A stretch of DNA of 61,557 nucleotides, filler included, from Choristocarpus tenellus KU-1152 (taxonomy: Eukaryota; Protista; Phaeophyceae): the NCBI GenBank assembly GCA_964200185.2. It is 13 parts of 13 records of this genome, joined end to end, with 100 filler letters (N's around TTAATTAATTAA, not from the genome) between each part and the next. Parts side by side here need not be neighbours in the genome. Positions count along the whole stretch, not along the records: positions 10,479 to 22,907 come from CAXNAD020001839.1; positions 23,008 to 26,123 come from CAXNAD020022211.1; 11 more parts are not named here. One strand, given 5' to 3'. How positions within the stretch are numbered: position 1 is the first letter of the stretch; every line of letters starts with the position of its first letter. Positions 12,260-24,267 of the stretch are shown here, piece after piece. The notes beneath the pieces are model-generated. The model saw nothing but the letters and a program-made list of their open reading frames with translations, was not told the origin of the DNA and did no database searches. Position numbers and translations under genes: made by a program.

Positions 12260-15200
12260 ATGCTTGAGTGGCGATGGCGAAGGGGATGGATCCCTATCCT
12301 TCAACTTACTCTCCTAGTCCTCGACGCTAGCAGTAACTGCGTTGAACCCGAGGGGAACTCGTGTGTGTCCCACACCCCTGTAGGCGATGCTCAAATATCA
12401 CTCGGGGTTTACTATGATAAAGAAGCTTGCGGCTCTGCTGAGGAACCAAGGGATGACCCTGAAATTGGCTGCAATGGTAAGATTGATTGCGCCTGGAGTT
12501 GCTTGTTTCTCGTAGAATGCCCTGGTCGTCACCTCTATATGATCGCGAACTAGATAATCACAATTACTACTTCATGTAATATCCTGGCGTTCCTATCATG
12601 GCGATCACCAACTAATTTACCATGTGGCCTGACACTCACGAGAGAATTTGAAGGTAGCGCAGTTGGGTCGATCTTGTGTAGATATCGCCACTCTTCAACG
12701 TCGTACTTGCATGGTTACAATCTACACTTCGCCCAACCTGCTCACTCCATACAGTTGATGAAGAGGCTGCATGCAGACTGTGCGTCATTGGGGGTAGGTC
12801 AGCAATCTTGCCAGAGTGCCCTACGTGCGTGTTAGAATACATCGAGGAAACACTATATACTCCAGCACCTGGAACAACACTAGCCCCTGGAGTGACCCTC
12901 ACCCCTGCCGCGACACCATCACCTGGTGCTACATTGGGGCCGGCTACAACCCCTGGATCCTCCTTGACCTCGTTTCCTGGATCAACACAGTCGCCAGCTG
13001 CGACAAACGCGCCATCCATGACACCAGCCCCAGGACGGACTCAGGCACCTGCTACAACGCTTGCACCAGGGGTGACACTAGCTCCAGGAGCCACCTTGCC
13101 CCCTCAAAAGACACTAGCGCCTGCGGAGACGTTAGCACCAATGACAACATTGCCTCCGGGAGAAACGATGGCACCAGCGCCAGTTGGACCGTTGATAACA
13201 CCTTCCCCAGCAGCAACGCTGACCCCACACACAACTAAAGCACCTGAGGCCACTCCATCGCCGGGGGTAACCTTTGCACCGGGAGCAACACCGTCGCCAG
13301 CGGAAACGCCTAGGCCTATGGCCACCCTGCCGCCTGGAATTACACAGGGGCCAGCATCAACCCTTCCACCCGTGGAGACTCAGGCACCTGGTGGAACATT
13401 AGCGCCAGGAACAACCTTAGCGCCAACGGTGACACTGGCGCCAGGGGAAACAATTTCGCCTGTTGTGACCGTTCCCCCTGGTGCAACATTGGCACCAGCA
13501 ACAACTCTTGCACCTGTTGTAACCCTGGCTCCTACCGCGATGTTGCCACCCGGGGCGACACTGTCACCTGGAACAACATTGGCGCCGGGGGTGACACAAT
13601 CTCCTGGGGGAACACTGTCTCCAGGAGCAACGCTCGCACCAGTGATGGCAACACTAGCGCCAATGGTGACATTACCACCAGGAGAAACACTGGCTCCAGG
13701 GGCAACGCTTGCACCGGGGGAGACCCTAGCTCCTGGTATGACACTTGCACCCATGGCAACAGAGGCACCAGGGGTGACGTTGGCACCAGGTGTGACAATT
13801 GCACCACAGACAACCCCTGCACCAAATGAGACCCTGCCTCCTGGTGCAACATTGGCGCCGGGGGCAACATTGGTTCCGACGGAAACACTAGCACCAAGAG
13901 TGACACAGGCACCGGGGGTGGCGATGGCTCCAGGAACAACACTTGCACCGGGGGCAACACTTGCACCAGCTATGACATTGGCGCCAGGGATGACGCCAGG
14001 ACCCATAGCAACACTTGCACCAGGAGCAACACTTGCACCAGCTACGACAATGGCGCCGGGGATGACGCCAGGACCCATAGGAACACTTGCACCAGGGGTG
14101 ACGCTAGCACCAGGGTGGACGCTGGCTCCAGGGGCGACACCTGCACCTGGGGTGACTCTGGCTCCAGGTGTGACATTGGCACCAGGGATGACGCTGGCCC
14201 CAGGGGCAACATTAGCACCGGGGGTGACTCTGGCACCTGGGGCAACATTGGCACCGGGGGAAACACTTGTGCCTTGGGAGACCCTGGCTCCTGGAGTGAC
14301 CTTATCACCGGGGACAACACTGGCACCTGGTACTCTTGTGCCGTCAGGATCCCCAACTGCAGCATTGAGCCGTGCCGGGCTCTCAGGGTCACTGACGTTC
14401 TTCTCACCAGATAATCCCCCGTGCTTGGAGACTAGAACATGTAACAGTGTGTTCACGGATGCTCTAGGGGATGCAATCGGGGATAATGACTCCACCTCTG
14501 TTGTGTTGTCATCATTGACTATTGGTTCAGAGAGCATCAGTACAGAGGACAGGAGGAGACTCAGAGTTAGCCACCACAGCCTAAGGGGAGGAAGGGTGCT
14601 TCAGAGCAATGGGGTGTCCTCCACTGTTGTCTTTGAGATTCAGGATCTCAACTCAACAGATTCTCCATCAGGTAATATCTCCCTTTTCCTATGTGTGTTT
14701 CAACAATCCCTATTCATCATGCAAGTTGTCTCCTTGAAGAAAATAATGTCTAAAGAAAATATTGTTCATGTTCTCAAATCTTCCCCTCCTCTCCACGTAA
14801 TGGGAAGGGGGATGGAGATTTCTAAGATGCTGAGTAGACATAGCGTTTATACACCTGCTCCATCCCTCCCTTGCCCCTTTTGAAGGCCAACATTTCGTGT
14901 CCTTAGAGTAACAGTATTAAGGTCGGTCTTGAGAGCGTGTACTCATGTGTGTGTCCACTTGCTTTGCTCTCATCCTCGATCTCCTCCCTCTATTCTACTT
15001 TGTTCATATTATGTTCCATATTTGAAGGTGATGCTGCAGCAAGGATAAGAGCCTTAGAGGAGGGTGGCCTGGCGGGCATGCCCAAGAGCCTGGGTATGGA
15101 TGAGACATCAACTATTGTGTCGATTACAAACCTTCAGTATGAAACGTGTGAGTGTTTTACCATCAACACCTTGAGCATGTGGATGGCTAGCTGTACATAT

Positions 15201-18200
15201 AGAGGTCTAGAAGTGGTGAATGACCGCTTCAGAGGTACTGAAGTCATGCATATCTGGAAACCTTGGTAGGGAATGATATATATTTTTCGGCATATGCCCT
15301 TCTTCTTCCCTCCATCTCTAGATTCTTGTTTGTCACACCATGTGTTCTCATGAACTAAGAAGTGGGTGTTGCCATCATTGAAACTCTCCCCACTCCAGCA
15401 TGATCAGGATAAAATAGTAATAGCACTAAAACAACACAGCTTGAGCTCAGGTGTCACATGGACAATGGGCGTCATAGAGTAACTGACTCTGGAACATTGT
15501 ACTCGTAATGTGCGTTACAGAGCAAACCTTGCATTTTCATGCATAACGGATGTTATTGGCAAAACATAGCTGACCGGTCCAGGATAAGACTAGTGTTGAG
15601 CGTTATGTTGCCCTATGTATGGTCAATACACTTGATTGGTGTTCCACTGAGCATGGACCAATCTTGTGCGTAGGGAAGAGAGTAGAGATTGGATACCGCA
15701 AGCAATTTTGTTCGTAGTTTGGTCCTTCAGGTGTTTTTTTTTCAGGCTCAGAGTTTCTACATCCTCCAGATAACTGAGTACATCCAGGTGTGAGGGAATA
15801 AGCATAGTGTTCGGTTGGCGCCTATCTTCTCTTTGCCCTATCTCACACCGATCTCCCACCCTCACGCACATCCCCTCCTTCCTAATGCTGTCTAAAACGA
15901 ATCTCTCACATCAGCGGGGGCGATATCTCAAAATTTTGATTTTGAAGATGTATCATCTGGAGTGGTTTCTAGATCTACGGACCGCTCCGCCAGGGCTTGG
16001 TTTGGTATTATACTGGTGAGAGAATGTGTAGTCGGTCTTTGGGGTTTTGTTTGTGTGAGTGTGTACAAGTTAAGTATCCTTTTTCTAGATTTTGTGCTCT
16101 TTTTTTTCGCCCAGCGCTATTATACTGTATCCTGGATTTGATCCTAATCTCTCGTGATATTCCCGTGTCTCACAGCTCTGCTCCTGTTCTATATTACACC
16201 TTGGATGCTTGCTCAATTGACCTTGTCCAGGCAATACTATCCATTGCGGTGGTGCTTATGATGGTGGTCATTTTATGCCTGGTGCATAGGTATTGTCCAC
16301 CTGACCCTGTGAACAAGGGCCATAGAAAGGGAGTGTACCACGGGGAAGTCCCTTTCCCCTTTGGCACCAAGGATGATGATGAATACGATGATGACCAGGA
16401 GTCGTCGGTGAGTCCAATTTTTTGCTACCTCCCTACCCCCTGTAAGGGTACTCTGTATGCAAGTGTGCTTTGTTGTGGTGGAAGGTGGGACATGAAAACA
16501 CATGAATATGGCCTATTGGCAGCATTCACCCCCTAAGGGCACTAAAAAAAATGTACTCCAGTGCACAGCATGGCATTAGTATAGTACAGGATGTGAAACA
16601 TATCGGCATGAATTTTGTATACTTGAGTGCTGGAAGTATGCTGAAAGATGCTTCAGATATTCTTAGCGCTGGCCCAAACTACCATACAACCCCAATTCAT
16701 AAGAATTGGTCCCCACCCAGTCCCTAACCACACTCATCTTTCCCACGTATACATGTATGTCCCAGGACGATGAGTTACCGAGGAGGAACATGGCAAGGCA
16801 GAGATCAGCAAGGTTTATTGCTGGAGGTACAACACCGAGTATGTCATCGGGTGAACATGGTCAGTTGAGCCATCCTATCTTAGAGGGGGGTCCATTGAGT
16901 ATTGAGTGCTTTATTTCTTCCCGTGTGCCACATCCCCAAGCCTGAAATGCTGCTAGCCAACTTAAGGAGGTTTTGGCTATAGAAGAGAAGGCAAAGGTTG
17001 TCTACAATCGCTCGAAATAACCCTTTTTTGAGTGGTGGAAGCACACATACCAGAAGGGAGTCACAAGGACCTGAATACTCAACGACCTCCCTCTTTTAGA
17101 TAGGATGGCTCAGCTGTATCTATGCCTGCTAGCCTTTCTATCTGCCGTCACCCTTACCTTGCTGTTATCTCCTCCCCACAGTACTCTCCCACCTGAACCA
17201 CAAGAGTTTCAGTTCATCGGCACAGAGAATTAATTAATGATAAACACCACTTTTTGGCTAATAACACAAAATGAATAAAAAAATCCTCCATTTTCCCAGT
17301 ATAACAGGCGTCTCACTATACGCTTGCTTGTCAACAACTTATGAAGACATTGATGATATCTAGCATAGGTGTGTATGTGTCTATGTACACTTGTCCATTT
17401 CCCTCTCGCCTACATCCTTTTGTCATTTCCCGCTTTGTTGCTACTTCCCTGGGCAGCATCAGGTCCGTGGTCCCCTCTGGAGGCCATCCCTGAGACCAGA
17501 TCATTCCCCCCCCAAAATAAGGGTAGCATGAGCAGTAGGGGGAGCAGTGGGGGAACCAGCAGTAGGGAGAGCAGTACAATGAGCGAGAAAGGGACTGAAT
17601 CACCAACTCGAGGTGACACCAGGAGTGATACAGGCACCCCTCAGCACCAAAGAGTAGGTGTGGGGTTGTTAGGGTTGTCTACAGAGGCGGGTGAAAGCGG
17701 AAATATTGCGGACATTGAGAGTGGTGGAAGAAAGACTGTGGAGCCTTCACCAGCTGGCTTGGACACAGATGATGATGGTGAGAGTTTACATGTATGTATG
17801 GGTTTTTGTATGTATTGGTGTGTGTTGGAGCTGTAGCTGCTTCTCCTCCCTAACCCCTCTAACCTCTGTACCTGCTACTTGCAAAGGAATGCCTCCTTTG
17901 TTGTTTTGAAAGCTTCTCTTTCTGCTAGCTTGATCTATTTTGACATCAGCCATGATCTTGAACCCTCTGGTCCCTTCAAGCTCTGCCTGTTTAATTTTTA
18001 TTGCTCCACTATTGCTACGTGAGCAAAATACAATAAGAGACACATGGCATAACACCTCTGAGCACCAGCGCCTCTGCCCTGATCAAATTCATGCACCCAC
18101 TTAAAGAATCAAGTTTGCCTCATTTTATCTGTATTCCTCCCACATGCCTCCAACAATATGTAGTTCCCTTCCAACAAGCATTTGAGGGCTGGGTGGGGTC

Positions 18201-20914
18201 TATTCGGCGCTCAGCACAATCACCAGAAATAGGCCACTTGTCACAGGGAGATGTGGAGGGTAAAAAAACTGAAAAGGTGGAGGAGGGTGATGCTGGGGCG
18301 GGGGGGAGCGGTCAGGGTAACACCAGGAGTCAACCATCAACCATCTCTAGGGAGGAATCTGCAGCAGCCAAAGCGATTGCAGACTATGTGGTTGGTCACG
18401 GGACTGTTGAAGGCGAATACAAAGGTGACTTCAAGGATGGGCGAGTTATGGTGGAGTTGGGGAAGGCTGCGGGAGATTCCTCAGATGAAAGCTTGCCGAG
18501 CAAGGATAGTGAGGAGGCTGAGAAAGAGCTGGAGAGGGCGGCAATTGATTTCCAGGATGCGATTGCTGAGACGGAGACAGTGAACTTTGAGGTTAGGGGG
18601 GTGGCAAAAGAGAGACTCGGGAGGGCATGAGATAAAAGTGCAGGGGCATTTTTTATTCAGAAGAAGAGTGATATATTGATAGGTGATGAGGATCATTTTT
18701 ATTTATTTATGATTATTGAGGTATTCTGTTATCATATTTTATTCGTCCCTCCACATTTCTTTCGTCCTCATCATCCCCGCCATCAATCACTCTTCTCCCT
18801 CTGGCCCGTCCTTCTAGGCTGTTGACCGCCATTTCCGCAACCTGGATCAGACGAATAAGGGCCAGAGCTCATCATCTACCCGCTATGACGACTCCCAGAG
18901 CGAGTCCTCAGGATTTTCGGCATACCTTACCTCACAGTCAAGCATATCATCCACTAATTTCTCCTTTCCTGCTGCAGCAACAACGGGCACATCCTCCTCA
19001 TCTGCTGGCACATTCTCTTCCTCACATCAGGGGGGAGGGGAAGCAAACTCTCATTCACCATCCCTAGTCAAGTCTTTGGAGGACTCAAAGGAGGGTGATG
19101 AGGGAAGAAGGGCTGCAAGAGGTGATGCAAGTGCCATTGCTACAGGTGGGTTGTAGGTGTAGCTAGAGGATATCATTAACTTTGGTGGTGAAATAGTGTT
19201 AAGAGGGGATGGGGAGAAATGTGATTGTGATAAGAGTGGAGTACTGTACACTGTGGAATATTGCGGAATGAGCACAAGCAGTTTTCATGCTCAGATTATC
19301 CAGTCATTGCCTTAACTTTGTCCCACCCTCTCTCCACGACAAGCCATCTCTTGTTGCACCACATAGTATTACCGTGCCCCAACCTTGCCATGACTCTTCA
19401 ATTCTCTGCCCTCTGCTTTTTTTGTGCAAGGTGCAGCAGCATTCATGGCTGGGGCAGCAGCAGCCACGGAGGCTCAATGTGGTGAAGGCAAGGTTGAACC
19501 AGTGGAGAAGTCACAGGAACCACCACAAGAGGAGCAGCCCCAAGACCAGTTGGAGGAGCAACAGCAAATGCAGGAGTCACAGCAGCGGGCAATTTCTCCC
19601 TCAAGCATAACAACTGAGGATGAGCTTACAGGGCTCACATCCGTCGACACTCCCCCAACCATAACTCCGCCCACAAGTGCCCGGGTGCCCAACTTGACCA
19701 ACATTTTGGTCAGTGAGACACCCTCATCTGACAACGTTAGTGAGGAGTATATGACTCTATCCCCTTCCCCTCCCCATCGCCGGGTTCCCTCTGTTCTCAC
19801 CCGTGTGGAAGAGGCATCGATGGAGGAGAGTGAGGGTTGGCCCTCCCCTGCTACCACTTCAGCCCTTGGCGTTGGTGGTGATGGTAATGACATGACGTTG
19901 AGCCCTGGCTCAGTTTCATCTTCTGCAGTGCCAACCGTAGTTGACAATGGGGCAAAGACCTTGATAGGGGAAGGTTTGACAGAGACAGGGTCTGGGACTG
20001 GAGTTGGAGGACCTTTGGGGGAAGGGGCAAGGACTTTTGAGGAGGTAAAGAGTGAGAGCAGTGCTGTACCCACAACAGTCTCAGCAGTCACTTCGGCGGC
20101 GGACGAGACATCTTCGACAGTGACAGAACGAGGTGTGGGAGGTAGTCAACCCTCATCACGATGGACTCCATGGCCACAGCTTCTTCGGTGGGGGAGTTCG
20201 GCTTCCACAATACCACCTTCTGCGCACTCAGGGAACAGGCCAATGTCTACTTCGATCATTGTGCCTTCACCAGATACCATGGGAGGATCTGTAATGTTCA
20301 GCGGTTCTGGTGATATGACAGAGTTGGGTTATGGGAGCAGTAACAGCGTATATGGGGGGAGTAGTAGTCTTGGTGGGGGAGGGGCTGGTGGAGTCGCTAG
20401 AGGAGAGGACAGCAGTGTGACCCCCACCAGGAACCCAGGGTATCCTGCGGGACTAGGTGGGCCTGAGGGTACCATGAGCACGCTCTCCTCCACTGCAGGA
20501 GGTGGATCATTCTTTGAGATTAGTCCAAGGGTAGTAGATCGACAAAAGAGAGGACACCGTCGAGGTAGCAATGAAGTCGATCGAGTCGACCGAGGCATGC
20601 AAAGGACTGGCAGGGAAGGAGAAGGAAAGGCAGTGCCGTCAGAGGTCAGGCTAGAGCCCATGGTTGCAGTAGAGCCTGTGGGTGCATCGCTGGTAGAAGA
20701 TGCCAAGGGGTTGGAAAGTGAGGTTGCAGGTGCAATGCAGGAAAAAGCGTCTCTTGCATCTACAGAGCCACTGGAGCAGTCCAGAGCACCTACCACAGTG
20801 TTAGGGGCAAGGGTGGAGGCTATAAGAGAGGCGAAGCAGGCGAGGGAGGCAAAAGGACAGTCTCAGACGGGAACTGGGGCAGACGCACATCATGGGACGA
20901 AAAGGTTACAATAA
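12260..20914 (+). CDS. Mucin-like type-I transmembrane protein, complete 10-exon model, ~1,723 aa
   Basis: Exons 12260-12476, 12755-14671, 15028-15147, 15915-16015, 16231-16407, 16766-16850, 17463-17777, 18164-18591, 18818-19145 and 19431-20914. All introns are GT-AG, phases are consistent, total 5172 nt. Layout: signal-peptide-like N-terminus, Cys-rich module, ~500 aa of TLAPGx repeats, TM helix (AWFGIILAILSIAVVLMMVVILCLV), then a long S/G/E-rich tail. Confidence 0.8.
12860..14345 (+). repeat. Coding 18-nt tandem repeat array encoding (T-L-A-P-G-x)n
   Basis: Dozens of hexapeptide units (TLAPGA/V/M/E/T) with heavily varied synonymous positions. Confidence 0.95.
16868..17110. mobile_element. 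MITE, family with AGCCATCCTATCT terminal inverted repeats (intronic)
   Basis: agccatcctatcttagagggggg ... ccctcttttagataggatggct; a related element lies at 22194-22459. Confidence 0.7.
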
Positions 20915-22193
20915 GGAGTGACTGAAGCTCTTATTTTACTTTACGCAGAATACAAGTCTTGATAAAGTTGTATTGTCACTGGTTTTCATTCCCTTGTCCT
21001 TTTTCTGTGTGCTATTTTTATACATTGTGCAATGGGGCAGACTCTTTGTAGCATATGTGACTGAAATTTTGCTCCACAGCACATACATCATGCCATGGCC
21101 TTTGCATTGCATATTCTGCATAAAGTCTGATGTGGATATTACTGGAGTTCTTGTCTTGGATTCTGCTCCCTCAGTCAAGTGATATACAGAAATTAAGTCC
21201 GTATTTCTTGATTGGCAATCAGATTGACTGCTTTTCAAGGAGCAACTGATAGCTTCAAATACCTTCTCCGTGTTGGATATTTAATGTGCATGCGTTTTTA
21301 AGTATCGAGCGTAGATATGGCCTTAAATTATGATGGGATTTAAGTGAAGAGTTTGCTTGTCTTACGTACAATACAGTGCGTTTAGTGTTTGTATGGTAGA
21401 ACTCCTTGTTGAGAATTGCCTATGTGTTGATCATCGTGTGATAGGTTTGCGGTCACCTTTTCTGGGTTAACCTTACGTTCTTTGAATATTTATTTAGTTT
21501 AAATAATCAATTAATCCTGGAATATCCCCAAAATGAGGCGGCAGTGGTCTCAGGCCCCAAGCAACGTGATACAAGAATTATGACCCATCCCTGCTAAACA
21601 CTTGCATTAAAAAAATATGCCCTAGCTAAATTCACACCTTGAACAAGCAAAGTGCTACTCAACGCTTGTGTCAATTGTTTTCGTCCCATGCATTAGTTAG
21701 TCTTTTCAAACCTATGGTCAGAGGTTGTAGTGTATAATGCAGGGGTGGCACAGAATATACAGAAGAGACTAAATGTGTAGAAAAGAAGAGTCCAATGTCT
21801 TGACTGGAGTACCTGCTTATTGTATTTGTTATTCAAGTAAGCGCTCTTGTGCCATTTCCTCCACAGCATCTTGTTGTCTACCATGTTGAGGTTATTTGCT
21901 CTGTTGTAACTAAAAATATCTGTTGTCTTAGACGGTACTTGGTTGGGATCATTTGTGTTAGATTTTCGATTGTCCAGGACAACTTGGATGCTTCATAAAA
22001 CTTCCTATACGAATTTGCAATAAACGTGCGAATTTTGCACCTATATGTGAACATTCTTTAAATGCAACCTGGTTACCTCTTGCTTACTTTGACTCGATGA
22101 GGAAAATATCTGTACCGCTCTTCCAAAAAGGAACTCTTCAAAACTGGAGGTATACTGTCTTGTGTGTCTTAGTAGTGGCGGGGGCTGAAATAT

Positions 22194-22459
22194 AGGCATC
22201 CTATCTTAAGAGGGGGGTGTTTTTGTGTACTTTGGGGACCCTTGTGACCTCCTTCTGGTAAATAAACGTGCTTCTACCACTCACTACGGATGGGGATTTC
22301 CCACTCTTCGTATGGCATTCATGTCGACAAGATGTTTAACTCTTGAAGGAAGACTAGAAGTATTTTAGGTGTGGGAATGGGGTGTCAGGCAGGAGGTTAA
22401 AATGACCTAAACTATACAAGAGACCTATCAAGTACACCCACCTCTAAGGTAGGATGGCT
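22194..22459. mobile_element. MITE, family with AGCCATCCTATCT terminal inverted repeats
   Basis: aggcatcctatcttaagaggggggtgt ... acacccacctctaaggtaggatggct, flanked by AATAT on both sides. Confidence 0.7.
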
Positions 22460-23007
22460 AATATATGGAGTAGTATCTACTACCTATATCCCTAAACAAT
22501 ACGTGTAACACATCTTAGATCACCCAAAGCATTTAAGAGGATTGTAGTTTTCCCCTGTTTGTCTGTTCGTGGCTTGACTTCCTGCAGGTTTGTTTGTTCC
22601 CTTTTTCGGTTTTTCGTTTTGTTGTGCTTTCTACTGGTGTTTGAGCATCTGTAGACCCCATTGCACCAAACTGAGTTCTGTTTTCTGGGAATTGAACGTG
22701 GCATTGGTCTGTAATTGTACCTTCTGAAAATGATAAGATATATTGGTTGGTCAGCTCTTCTTATTAGTCTTGTGTTCGGTTTTCCTTTCACATCTTCCAT
22801 TTATTGCTTTTCTTTGTGTTAAATAACCTACCTCATCTGGCTCAAAGTGACGGACGTATGCAAGGGCACCCCGGTACATGCACCTGCACTGGAAGAGGCC
22901 CCTCTACNNNNNNNNNNNNNNNNNNNNNNNNNNNNNNNNNNNNNNNNNNNNTTAATTAATTAANNNNNNNNNNNNNNNNNNNNNNNNNNNNNNNNNNNNN
23001 NNNNNNN

Positions 23008-23360
23008 ATAGCAATAGCAGCTACAAGAGTTTTGAAAATCATGAGTAGCTTCCCAAAATTTGCTACGGGGGAACAACCTTGGCCCTGTACGTCCCAAAAA
23101 TGCATGGGAGGTAAGTCTTGATGGGACGGATACTTGATAATGAAAGGGTTTTAGCAACAAAAAGCAGGAGGGAACAAGTACATAGTATTTTTTATTATTA
23201 TTTCCTCACTCTTAGGCTGGGGATCATCCCGACCCGTATACTGTACAACTCCAGATGCTCTATCTATTGTAACTAATCTTTGCATCACGATAATCGTACT
23301 GCCTCCGTTTATGGCTTGATTTCGGGCTTTGGGCTCCGTTATCCCACTGCTCGTCACCCC
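23008..23360 (-). mobile_element. Degenerate Ty1/copia-like reverse transcriptase N-terminal remnant
   Basis: Frameshifted minus-strand fragments occur in copia order: EPKARNQAI, KNTMYLFPP (cf. NxTWxLVP), YRA-RL (cf. YKARLVA), SPVANF...KTLVAAIA (cf. FSPVA...IRxLLALAA). Confidence 0.4.
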
Positions 23361-24100
23361 ACCTCCTCCTTCAAATCATGCATGGGACAATCATAGTTGA
23401 ACTTCAGGTTAGCAACCGACCACACCACATCCCAGATCAAGGAACTCATCAAGAGGAAAGGGGCACCCTTCATTTCATTGATAGGGTGACAACCATGCAA
23501 ACCACCTAACTGCCAACTGGAAGATTAGCCGCTGACTGGAAATATCGAAGTTGACCTGTCGTGGGAGGGTATCTCTGCCGTTGGAACAGGGGAGAAGAAT
23601 CCTGTCTACACAAAGTGTCCAGGTCACAAGGTTGCCTTGATGTCTCATGGCAATGGAGCCTTGCGACCTCGTTCTTGGTGCAGTACTTTGTGGTATAGTC
23701 ATAGAAAATTAGATACAGGTAGGTGTTCATAATGAACAACATTGAAAAATAATGTAGAAATGGTTAGCATGATGTGATTCTTCATCTATCTCCACGAGGT
23801 CACAAAATCAGGTGCTAACAAGAAGAACTTCAGTCACTGATGAAGGATTCTCCTATTCAAGGATAATATTGGTTCAATAGTAGAGTCTCATACCTGCGTC
23901 GAGACATGTAGCAAATAGATAGGTGGGTATAAACCCTCATTTGTAATGGGAGCAAAGAAAGGGAGTGAGGGGATGAGGAAGATTGAAGTTGAAGGATCAG
24001 TTTTGTGGTTTTGAATCAGGATATCGATGGTGTGAGTCAAAGTATGCGAGAGGTATCTAGTGTTGTGTTTGAAGGATGTTGACATAGATGGGCAAGTTTA

Positions 24101-24267
24101 GGGTCAAAGTATCTGGGGGAGGGGGTCGGCGTCCGTTTTTCACTTTTTCGGTGTGATTTGGCCGCACGTGTCGGATTTGAAATGTCAGCAAAAAAAAGAG
24201 TTGTTTGACCGAAACGGACGCCCCCTCACAAACCAACCCCCCCCCATCTCCCCAGATACTTTGACCC
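24101..24267. mobile_element. MITE (167 bp), TIR GGGTCAAAGTATCTGGGG, TTA target-site duplication (Tourist/PIF-Harbinger-like)
   Basis: Perfect 18-bp TIRs with TTA at 24098-24100 and 24268-24270. Confidence 0.9.

Noticed and set aside
13380-14537. 385-aa antisense ORF
   Set aside because: Shadow of the TLAPG repeat exon; its codon usage avoids antisense stops.
19474-20796. Antisense ORFs of 205 and 155 aa
   Set aside because: Shadows of the low-complexity last exon of the mucin-like gene.
21880-22150. Possible Penelope-like reverse transcriptase remnant on the minus strand (RYFPH...YRCK)
   Set aside because: Too short and broken to support by eye.
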